Of a stretch of DNA of 64,000 nucleotides, positions 35,001 through 47,000 are shown piece after piece. A program made the translations under genes and the position numbers. This DNA comes from Mobula hypostoma (lineage: Eukaryota), in contig NC_086108.1 in NCBI RefSeq assembly GCF_963921235.1, positions 53,198,001 through 53,262,000 of the forward strand, in the 5' to 3' direction. Within the stretch, counting starts at the first letter, position 1; each line of letters starts with the position of its first letter. Below the pieces are notes generated by a model. That model had not been told where the DNA came from. It saw only the letters and a program-made list of their open reading frames with translations, and ran no database searches.

Positions 35001-38000
35001 GCGTTAAAATTCAAAAGTGCGTGACAGGAAATGAGGAAAGATGCAGCTGACTCATATCGTTTCATATTGCCAAATCACATTGTTCCTTGCAGCCCAGTGG
35101 TTGGGGACCACTCTTAGCACGAAGAGAGACCAATCAGGATGCTCTCTCTCCCTCTCCCCCTCCCCCTCAAAAAAAATCTATTCCCGGGATATTGTATATA
35201 ATTTCCGGGCGTCAGGGAGCCACTACCGAGATGCGGGAGACTCACGGAACTTCCGGCAGAGGTGGGAGGTGCATTGACCTATTGTGGCAATAGGCAAATT
35301 GCAGTGGGTCCAGGTCTGAGGCAGGAGTTCAGTCTAGTCATAACCAACCTCTCAAAGCATTTCATCACTGTCAAGTACTACCGGGTGATAGTCATTAAGG
35401 AAGCCCACATTATTCTTCTTAGGCACTGGTGTAATTGTTGCAGACTCTCTGTATACACATGACTGTGTGGCTAGGCATAGCTCAAATACCATCTACAAAT
35501 TTGCTGACAATACAACCATTGTTGGTAGAATCTCAGGTGGTGACAAGAGGGCATACAGGAGTGAGATATGCCAACTTGTGGAGTGGTGCCACAGCAACAA
35601 CTTGGCACTCAATGTCAGTAAGACAAAGGAACTGATTGTGGACCTCAGGAAGGGTAAGACGAAGGATCACATATCAATCCTCATAGAGGGATCAGAAGTG
35701 GAGAGAGTGAGCAGCTTCAAATTCCTGGATGTCAAGACCTCTGAGGATCTAACCTGGTCACAACGTATCGATGTAGTTATAAAGAAGGCAAGACAGTGGC
35801 TGTACTTTATTAGGAGTTTGAAGAGATTTGGCATGTCAATAAATACACTCAAAAACTTCTATAGTTGTACCATGGAGAGCATTCTGACAGGCTGCATCAT
35901 TGTCTGGTATGGAGGGGCTACTGCACAGGACTGAAAGAAGCTGCAGATGGTTGTAAATCTAGTCAGCTCCATCTTGGGCATAACCTACAAAGTACCCAGG
36001 ACATCTTTTGGGAGCGGTGTCTCAGAAAGGCAACATCCATTATTAAGGACCTCCAGCACCCAGGACATGCCCTATTCTTACTCTTACCATCAGGTAGGAG
36101 ATACAGAAGCCTGAAGGCACACCCTCAGCGATTCAGGAACAACTTCTTCCCCTCCGCCATCCGATTCCTAAATGGTCATTGAAGCTTTGGACACTCTAAC
36201 TCACTTTTTTTAATATACAGTATTTCTGTTTTTGCCCATTTAAAAAATCTATTCAATACACATAATTGATACTTATTATTATGTTTTATTTTATTATTTT
36301 TTCTCTCTCTGCTAGATTATGTATTGCATTGAACTGTTGCTGCTAAGTTGACAAGTTTCACGTCACATGCCGGTGATAATAAACCTGATTCTGATATTGC
36401 ATGTGGGAAATTTAATCATTGAATAGTTTAAAGCTTTGAATGCAGTCCAACCTCTTCCTGATTCAAATTAATATTTTGTAAGACATGGCATCTGGTAAAC
36501 TAGTTATGTTTTTCTAACTAGGATAAAGTTGGAAATGTGTGGTGCAGTTTATCTATAATATTGAAGGTGAAGAGGATTCTATCACAACAGACACAGATAT
36601 GGCTCAGGTAACCTTTTTCTTGTTGAGCAATTTTGTGTGGTTTAGATATTTCAGTTGTTACTATAGCAATGAAAGGGTTGACATTTTTAAAGTAATTGTG
36701 AATACATTTAATAGTTGAATACTGTGCATTTAATTTAGTACTCTGTATGATCTGTATACCATAGAGATCACTTGGCTTTATGTATTCAGGGAAACTGTAT
36801 TTATAATATGGGAATATTTATAATATGGGAATTTGCAAATGGGCATCAATTGAGGTGGCCGGGTCAGTTAGCTATAAATGGGTGTCAAAGGGAAACAAAA
36901 CTTGTTCCAGGTGGGAAGGAGAGACGGTTGATTAGTACTTAGAATCAGAGTTATGAAGTTCTGTAGCACAGAAGCTTATCCAGAATTAATTCAAAACACA
37001 GCAGATTTTAATGGCAACAGTATCTGTAAATCACAAACTACATAATATGCACAGTTTTTTTGTTTTCTACAGTATTCAAATTTATTTTCTCTTGGACTAT
37101 ATTTGCCCTTTCCACTGGCTTGTTGGAGTGAATGAATGAGAATCAGGTTTAGTATCATTGGCATATATTGCTTTGTGGCAGCGGTACACTGCAATACATA
37201 ATTAAAAATTGCAGTAAGAAATATATATGTAGGAGTGTGTGTGTATTTGTGCGTGTGTGTTTATTGACTGAGATACAGTCCTTTTGGTCCTTTGCACCAC
37301 GACGTCCAGCAATCCCCTAATTCAACCCTAATCATGTCATAATTTACCATGACCAATTAAACGACTTACTGGTATGTCTTTGGACTGTGGGAGGAAACCG
37401 GAGCACACAGAGGAAACTTACACAGTCACAGGGAGAACGTACAAGCTCCTTATAGGCAGCAGCAGGAATTGAACCTGTGTCACCTGTACTGTAAAATGTG
37501 CTAACCTCTACACTACTGTGCATGTTTCTGTCTCTCCAAGTAGTACCATCGAGTCCCGATGATGCTGAGATCAGGGCTTCATTGAGACCGTACCATCTGT
37601 TCCAGAAATCCTTGTTCTTCTTTTCACTGAAGATAGTTGGTTATGACCATGGCCATGTGTTTGGGGTCATTGTCCTGCTGCAGAATGAAATTGGGGCTGA
37701 TCAGATGCCTCCCTGATGGTATTGTGCGATGGATGAGAATCTGTACTCAGCATTGAGGATTCCATTAATTCTGACCAGATCGCCAACTCTATTTGCAGAA
37801 ATGCAGTCCCAAATCTACAAGGAGCCTCCATCGTGCTTCACTGTTGGCTGCAGACACTCATCTGTGCAGTGCTCACCAGCTCTTCTATGGACAAACTGCC
37901 TCCTGCTTGAGCCAGAAATTTAAAATTTTGACTGGTCAGTCAAGACCACTTGCTGCCATTGTCCAGCACTCCAGTCCTTGTATTTTTGTGCATAGGTGAG

Positions 38001-41000
38001 CCTCTTGGCTTTGTTTCCACTTTGAGGAATGGCTTTTTGGTAGCATTTTCTATGAAGAGAATGTCTGACAAGACTTCCCTGGACTGCAAAGGCGTGTACT
38101 TGGGTTCCAGTGGTTTCGGTGAGCTCAGAGCTGATAGCAGCGCTGGACGACTTCTGATTTAAAAGGTGTGTCAGTTTGATGTATCTCTCATCTGCTGCAC
38201 TCAATTTCCATGGCTGGCCACTACATTTCTGGTCTTCGACCTTGCCCATTTCTCTGTGCTTATTCAGAAGAGTTGGGCCAACTCATCTTGAAACTTCTGT
38301 TTGCTGCAAAATTTCCGCTTGGGAGAGATTTTGCTGATGCTGGATGACCACCTGGTATCATGTTGCTATGCTCACTCTTGCCAAGTGATAAGAACTGATG
38401 ATTTGAAGGTTAAACTGTCACATTTGTCACACCGTCGAATTTTAGTTAAGTTGTCCTTTGGCCAGTTTTATTCCTTCTACACCTATTTCTGTTTGTTAAT
38501 CAGTTTAGTTCATTCCATCATTACATCATTGATTAATAGAACCTGTTTGTATATCCTTGTTTCATCATGCACTGGGCTACAGAGTAATCAAGTTTCGATT
38601 TGAAAAGTGGTCCATTATGGCTTGCAGAAGGATCTGGACCAGCTGGAAAAATGAGCAGAAAAATGGCAGATGGAGTTTAATGCAAACAAGTGCGAGGTGT
38701 TGCAGTTTGGTAGGACCAGCCAGGGTAGGTCTTGCATAGTGGATGGCAGGGCACTGAGGAGTGTGGTAGAACAAAGGGATCTGGGAATGAAGGTCCATAA
38801 CTCATTGATAGGGTTGTAAAGAAAGCTTTTGGCACATTGACCTTCATAAATCGAAGTATTGAGTACAGGACACATAGACACAGACACAATGTTATGTTGA
38901 AGTTGTTTAAGACTTTGGTGAGGCCTAATCTGGAGTATTATGTGCAGTTTTGGTCACCTATGTACAGGAAAAATGTAAATAAGGTTAAATGACTACCAAG
39001 AAAATTTACAAGGACATTGCCAGTCTGGAGGAACTGAGTTATGTGGAAAGATTGAGTATGTTAGGATTTTATTCTTTGGAACATAGAAAATTGAGGAGAG
39101 TTTTGATGGAGGTATACAAAATTATGAAGTGTATAGAAAGGGTAAATGCAAGCAACCTTTTTCTACTGAGGTTGGGTGGAACTACAACTAGATGTCATGG
39201 GTGAAGGGTGAAAGGTGAAAAGTTTAAGGGGAACATGAGGGGAAGCTTCTTCACTCTGGTCGTGAGTATGTGGAAGTAGACACTCTCTCACAATCCATTA
39301 CTGTACAACATCCTACTCAGTTGGATGTTGTTGCATTACCTTTCCTTTGTGAAAGAGTACTTGGAAGTAAACACCTTTGTGTGAAAGCGATTTTTCACTA
39401 TTTCCAAAATAGACCTTAACGTTGAATTTTGAAAAGTTGAATCAGAGTTACATCAGTGTTGTGTCGCTGCAATCTAGGGGCAATAATTCAGTGTCATTTC
39501 ATCGGTGAGAAATGAGGGAGACTTCTCGTCCACTTGAAGATGGCTGCATTCTAGCCTTTGCATCATCTCAGTTGCAAGGGTTGAGTGCAATACTGGCAGA
39601 AAAGATAAACTCCCACTACTTATTAAATGCTCCAAATGTTGTGCATCCCAAGTAGCCTCTGACAACTCAGTCCAATTCCAGTTTGTTTTTCTTTCCCTAG
39701 GCATGTGTCCATTGCATTAAAATTGCCCACAATTCAGGACAAGCTGCAACTAAGTAGCAGTCTGTGTGATTCTGCTGGGATGGTGGTGTCATATATGACA
39801 GTGTTATGTGGATGGTGTTCGGGACAAATGTTCTGTGACATTGAATGTGCATCAACCCTGTATATTAGCTGAAAGTAAATACTTCTCTGGAAGAAGATGG
39901 CGCCGATGAATAAGGGCGACATCCTGCAGATGGTGCATGAAACTACCTCTTTTACATCTTATTTTTCTTTCAAATCTGGTTCTGCTATTGTTGGAGCCTG
40001 TGATCTGCATTTTGGTGGTGTATTATCGGGCACTCTGCTGTCTCCAAGGATGTTCAGTGAGGCTTTGACTGAAGCTTGTGGCATTGAGGCCAAGATGCCT
40101 GGAGATAGGGCATGAGCCTATGATCGACTCTATTTCTTGCCAATCTCAGCGGTTAAAGCACCAAGGAAGATTGAAATCATTGAGAGTGTAGAAGGCAGGC
40201 ATGTGTTCAGCGCCATCTACCAGCCTCTTGCTGCTGCCAGAGGAAATTGTCTGCATGTGATGGTCACTCTCTCCCTTTTGCTCATTGCTCCCAAAGGAAG
40301 GTCCGTGCATTCAAATCCCCCTCTCACACCCCCCTCTCCCCCACCTGTCAGAGGATGGTGCCAGAGTCCTGGGACCTGGACAAGGTTTAGACAGCACAAT
40401 TTGCGGGTTGGACTCTGTAACTTCACATTATGATCTATTTCTGGTCACTCCTTTCTTTGTTGCTATTTTGGGCGATTTTAAATTGGGGTGGCCTGCAGAT
40501 AATGAATACTGAACTGAACTGAATATACCTGCACTCTTTCGATTTTGTGTTTTATATTCTGTGGCTTTTTTTTTGGCTGTTTGCAGGACTTTTTTTTGCA
40601 TGTGGGAGGTGGATTTGATGTTTTTCTTTGAACGGGTTCTATGGTTTTCTTTGTTTCTGACAATAAATGTACTTTGAAATTTTGGAATATTGTAGGCAGT
40701 TTTGGCCCCCTTTTCAAGGAAAGGATTTGCTGGCATTGGAGAGAATCCAGAGGAGGTTCACAAGAATGATTCCAGGAATAGAAAGTTAACATATGAGGAG
40801 AGTTTGATGGCTCTGGCCTGTATTTGCTGGAGTTTACAAGAATGTGGGGGGAGGCGGGGGGAATCTCATTGAAACCTATCAAGCCTTGAAAGGCCTGGAT
40901 AGTGGACGTGGAGAGAATGTTTTCTATAATGGAGGAGACTAGGACCAGAGGGCGCAGCCTCCGAATACAAGGATGTCCCTTTAGAACGGAGATGAAGAGG

Positions 41001-44000
41001 AATTTCTTTAGCCAGAGGGTGGTGAATCTGTGGAATTCATTGAAATGGATGGCTGTGTAGGCCAAGTCATTGGGTATATTTAAAGCGGAGGTTGGTACGT
41101 TCTTGATTGATCAGGGTGTCAAAGGTTATAGGGAGAAGGCCGGTGAATGGGGTTGAGATGGATAATAAATCAGTCATGTTGAAATATTGGAGCAGACTGT
41201 ATGGGCCAAATGTTTTATGGTCTGAAATGGTTGATCATAACATAGGAAAACAATTTATTATTTTGAGAAGATATGAAATTGGGGAAAGATTTGAAGAGTA
41301 AACTCTTGTCTGTGAAGAACAACAATTTCAGGATGTATAGTTTATGCATTTCTCTCATATTGAGTAAGTGAGGAATAAAATAATGATTTGGTAGATGGGC
41401 TAATGAGTGGCAAGCAGCATTTAATATGGATGGATATAGGAATAATAGGAGAAAAATGTCATTGGGAATATGCAAAATCTGTTGATTTGGCAACACAACA
41501 GAAGATATATTTTGGGCACATAGCATGCAGCTCATTCAAGACAAAAAATACCAAGTGCATTATTGGTACAGCTAGAATGACAGTACAAATTCCAGGAAGT
41601 ATTGGAGTGTGTTGCTCAGATATAAACATACAGAATGCTGAAGGATCTCAGCAGGTCAGATAGTATTTATGGAAGGAAATGGACAGTTGAAATTTTGGGT
41701 CGAGACCTATTTATTATTAGGATTTCAAAGAAAGGGGAGAATCCAGTTTAAAAGAGTGGAGTGAGGGCTGACAGGTGAATCTAAATGAAAGGAAGACAGA
41801 TAGTGGAGGAGGGAGTTTTATTTGATATAAGCAACTGGGAGGTGATAAGTGGAAGTGACAGAAGACTGAAGAAGATGCAAACAAGAGAAAATCTGCAGTT
41901 GCTGGAAATCAAAGTAATACATGCAAAATGCTTGAGGAACTCGGCAGGCCAGGGAGCATCTATGAAAAGGAGTAACCAATCAACGTTTCAGGCTGAGACC
42001 CTTCATCAGGACTGCAAAAAAGGGATTAGAAGATTAGATTGGACTTCTAATTTCTTTTTTCCATGTTGACTGTTTACTCTTTTCCATAGATGCTGCCTGG
42101 CCTGCTAAGTCCTTCCAGCATTTTGCGTGAAGAAAATGCAGTTTATTTATCACCTACACATTCATCTCTCCAATTTCCTCCTCACCTCCTTCACTTTATT
42201 CCATGGGCCACTGTCCTGTCCAATCAGATTCCATCTTCCTTAGCCCTTTGTCACTTCTACCTGGAATTAAGGCTCAGATTTTGAGGAAAGGTGGAGTCAT
42301 AGATTTATTTGGCCCTTCAGTTCTCCATGCCTGTCCCAGTGTATTGCTTATCTACACTAGTCCCTTTCTCTTGCTTTAGGACTGTATATTTCTAGTTAAT
42401 TGCCTATCCAGATGCCTCAAATGCAGTTATTGTGTTTGAGTCCACCACATTCTCTGGCAGCACATTCCAAATATCAACCATTGCTTAAAAAAAGACCATC
42501 CCTCTCAGATTGCCTTTAAAACTCCTTCCCATCATCTTAAATTTGTGCCCTCTTGTTTTTGGAAAACCCTACTATGAGAAAATTTTTTTTTTTGATATCC
42601 ACCCTATCTATTCCTCTCATAATTTTATATACTTGTATCATGTCACCCCTCAGGCTCCTTTGCTCCAGAGAAAAGAACCAATCCTATCCAATCTCTCCTC
42701 ATAACTAATCCAGGTAACATCCTGGTGAATCTCCTTCCTACTACGTCTGGCACAACCCCATTCTTCCTGTAGTATGGAGACCTGAACTGCACGCAATAAA
42801 TGCAGTATTGTGCAAAAGTCTTGGGCACATATATATATAAATCTGTAAAGCAAAGATGCTTTCAAAAATAATGAAATGAAAAGTTTCTAAATATATAAAG
42901 ATAATTATAAAGAGCGGTAAACAGTAAAAAACTAAATTGAATCAGTATTTGCTTTGACCACCCTTTGCCTTTAAAAGTGCATCAATTCTCTTGGATACTC
43001 TGACGTGCACTTTTATAAGAACATCACCTGATAGGTTGTGCCAAGCATCTTGGAGAACTTGCCACAGTTCTCCTGTAGAATTGGGTTGACTCACTTGCTT
43101 CTGTCTCTCCAGTAATCCCAGACAGTCTCGATGATGTTGGGATCAGGCTCTGTGGAGGCCATACCATATGAAACCATTAAACAAAATATTGGGTGTCTAA
43201 GACTTTTGCACAGTAGTGTACATCTGTGCTATGGTTTAAATTATTCAAAAATGCAATGAAAATATTATGAGGACACATTGCAAGGAAAATACGAAGGGAT
43301 TATTGGATAGAAGATTAAGGGCAATTAAGGGCCATCTTTTTTTTGGACATGCACTTGGCACATTCTTATTCTCTAATTTAGCTTTGACATTTAGACAGGA
43401 AAGCATTATTTCTAACCTTATGGTAAACGGAAGTGGATGAAGAATTTTCACAACATTCCAAATTGCTTTTATCAAGTGGTAAAACAGATCTGGGCAATGT
43501 TCTTCGACTGGTGTTTAAAGTCAAGTCTTTGCTTCTAATCAGTGATTCTCCAAACATTGATTTCCTGATCTTTCAAGTTCTTTCACAGAAATTTCACAAA
43601 ACAGCTCGAGGCAAGTCATGTATATTCATTTTAATACGCGAGGGTCTGTTTTTCCCTTGATGTGAAGTGATTGAAATAACTCTATGTTTAACAATAATTG
43701 TTTCTCTTATCAGTTTTGCTGCAACACTTCTGACACTTCTGCCTACATGCATGAAGTTGACAATGAATCCCACAATAAAGGGATTCAAGTTTGCACTGGT
43801 AAGTTGCATTTTGTGAATTGACATGCATTGCATACAATTTTTTAAATATTAACTTACATTTGGCAATAAGAGCTAAAAGGATTTTAAGCTGTGGTGATCG
43901 GCATTGTATTCGATTCTGTGCCCTCCTGCCCTGTCTAGAATTGGTTCTTCTCAGCTAGAAGCAAAATTACCAGAGTTCTCTCTTTTCTTGCCTTAGTGAT

Positions 44001-47000
44001 TCCTTTTGAAGTGTGTTATATTGTCAAGTCTGTTTGTGGACTGTTATTAACCTCCACATTGTTGAATACTTTTTTTGTGTGTTTATATCAAGAATAGCTA
44101 ATTGGTTGGGACTGAAAGCAGATGTCACTTGAGGAGTGGTCTCCAACTCAGTCTATTTAGTGTTGGCCCACTCCCCAAGATCCTTTTGTTTGCAACTACA
44201 GGTCGACCTTCACTAATCCGGCACCATTGGGATCTGAGGAGTGCTGGATTAGTGAAAAGCCAAATTACAGAAGGATCACATTAAGCATAATCAGTGCCGG
44301 ATTATTGAAGGAACCGGATTGCAGGTAGTCAGATTAGTGAAGGTCGACCTGTATTTCCTTTCTGGCGAAGGTGATGTCAAATAGAGAAATTGGCAGATTT
44401 TCCCTTTCCTAGTCCGAAGGACACTAGCAAGTCCATGTCACAATTGATTGTGTAACTCGAGCTATCGTCTTCCTGCTCTGTATTGTTCTGTTCATTTACT
44501 TGCCCTTTGTTTTTTGTTAATGCTTGTGGATTTTTTTTTGTTTTGTCCTCTGATAGTAAATTGTAACATTCATAATGCAGAACAAAAAAAATAATCTTTG
44601 TCTTTAGATTTTGATCTTCTGTGGCTTGGCAGTTATTCAGTGAATGTGATCTAATATATATGTGCATTGAAAAAAAATAGATAATAACCGAATCCCTTCA
44701 TGTTGCATTTCTCTGTGATGCGGTGGAGTGATCCACTCTACAGACACACCATTGGAAAACCGTCATGTTAACTGTGCTCTTCCTTCTTCAATGGCCTGGT
44801 GGGCAGTGAAGGCACAGATCAGTGTAATTGTGCTATTGTAATTGGCGTCACCCTGTCTCTGAAGAGCAAAAATTGAATGCTTCCAGTCTTATCTGTTGTG
44901 TACCAATTCTGGCTGGATATGTGCCTCCTGTTGCACCAACACTTGCTGTTTAGTCAAGATTGATGGCTTGGATGAAATTCCAGAGGGCAGGCAGCTGCTG
45001 TAGATCTCAAATAAGAGTTGGTGCCTGCAGGAATGGAGAGGGATAAAATAGGTGGGAGAATAACCTTGACAGCACAATTATAAATTCAACAGTTTTTTTT
45101 TGCAACATGCTTCTAACTTTAAATTAAATTTACTTTCTGTAAAAATTCATGAATTGACTGTTTGCTAACATGCACTAGTAATTGACTTGAAAAACGTTCT
45201 ATAAATCCTGTGGATCATTACAATTCTGTAAGTTCTGACAGCTTTGGGTGGATTGGGCAGCTTCGGGCAGATTTATTCTTGGAATATGGATTTTCTTTTA
45301 CTTAATCATATTTCAGCTTTAGCTACTTTATGCACAGTCTAAGCAAATTCAAGCACTCTCTGGACTAAATTACTAAGTGTTATAATTCTGATCCAAATTT
45401 TTGCTTAGAAGCTACAGATATGAATGATGCACAATAATTTGATGGATAAGCATTCCTGCATCCTAATTACCCATACAAGTGAGATAATTTAATGCAATTT
45501 GTCTTTTTCTTGATTTCCATCATGCTTCTGTGGGCAGTTGTCAGGTGTAGTACCCCAGGGGAAAAAAAGAACAATATTCATCCTATTTTTAAAAAATCCC
45601 TCTTGCTCCGGGTGGAATTGGAACAGACAGTTCACTCAAGAATTGTTGTGCCATTTTGTTAGAAGGGGAGAGGCAATAATTTTGCTCAATATTCCATAAA
45701 GTCAATCTTTGAATGATTTTAGACCTGCACGTAGAAGCAAGTTTTTGAAACCTCTAGATGCATAGTGGACAGACTCCAATAATCACTAAATTTTATTTTG
45801 AGAATCGCCAAGTTAAAATAAGAAAGATTTTCTTCTTTGGCGATAATGATTAGACTTGGTGTTCTTTGTGATGAGGGGCTATCTTTTATATTGGATTGAG
45901 CTGGGACTTATGATGACCCCGCTCTTCATTTATACAATTATGCAAGTTATCCTTGTGTAGCATTTATCTCTGAGCCCCTATACATTAAGTAAGAGACTAT
46001 ATTTAAATAGTGATTAAAAATTTCTCAAGTCCATTTAGCCACTGCTCCACTTGAACATTTCTTGATCTGAGATAATACAAGTGGAAAATCACAGGACAAG
46101 CTCTGGACCCCATCCCTCTATCTTGAGTCATTGACAACTGGGAAAAGAGCAATAACTAAATTAAAGTTTCTCAGGGTTGCTAACATTTGTGAAACTGTAC
46201 CATTCTATGTACTGAGATTCTTTAGAAGGGAACACAATTAAGAGTTTGAAGAAAATATGTTGATACTTTCTTGCAATATGTAACTGGCACAAGCTAAGTG
46301 AAATTTCTTCTCTTTTTTTTGTAATTTCTAGGTCAATTGTTCCTTATCATTTTTCCTGTTTTCATTCCAAGTTCATGAAAAATCTATACTTCTGGCAGCT
46401 ATGTAAGTTTTGGGAATTTGTTCTTTAATGTCTTACAAGATAAACCCATGTAATAAGTGATCCTCGGCCTCACTGCAGTGGTGCTCTTCATGGGCATTGT
46501 TCTACTTTTGGAAGGTTGTTACAGATCAACCCAGGCCCCTCTTTTGCTGGGGTCACAGGAGTGAAAAATCTGTTTATTCCTCTGAATGATCTTCCTTTGT
46601 CAGGTGTCCACTTGGCATTGAATCTGGGACCTTGCTCTTCATGGGCCATTATCTCCTCAGACATGTTTGGTATTTTTATTGACCATGATGCTGTTATGAT
46701 TTTTTTTTTATTGGAACATTTTCTCCCCATTTTGTCATTATACTGGGATGCCTCATAGGATATGTGGAGAGTCTAAAAGTTAACATTTCAGCCCATTGTT
46801 CCTTCATCAGAACTGGAACAGGTTTTCACTTTTTCTTGCAGTTCAATAGTTATCACTCACGTAACATCATGTTCTTTTGCTATGACTACAAATGTCTACA
46901 CATTCTTAGATATATATATACACACACACTGTCTGTTTGCAGTAACGGAGGGAAAACGTGCCAATAATTCTAACGCATTAAGAAAGCTCCCTTAAGTGAC

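Larger units (their letters stand above)
33845..36395 (+). mobile_element. Rex1/Babar LINE with an inverted 5' segment, interrupted by nested hAT elements
   Basis: Sense part 35444-36395 (ORFs 35467-35934 and 35865-36182; aataaacctgattctga tail). Antisense part at 33845-33886 plus 35272-35441 encodes the upstream RT region. Confidence 0.8.

Noticed and set aside
40478..41065. Longest ORF in the track (195 aa, - strand)
   Set aside because: Antisense reading across a CR1 fragment and an adjacent low-complexity tail; no recognisable protein.
46341..46343. Ser at the position matching human Ala333 (A333V disease allele)
   Set aside because: A conservative small-residue change that I recall also occurs in yeast Alg6; no sign of loss of function.
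46778..46816. Further hammerhead-like motif on - strand (CUGAUGA..GAAAU GUU)
   Set aside because: Stem II has only about 2 pairs and stem III is altered; treated as a decayed Penelope repeat, not a ribozyme call.
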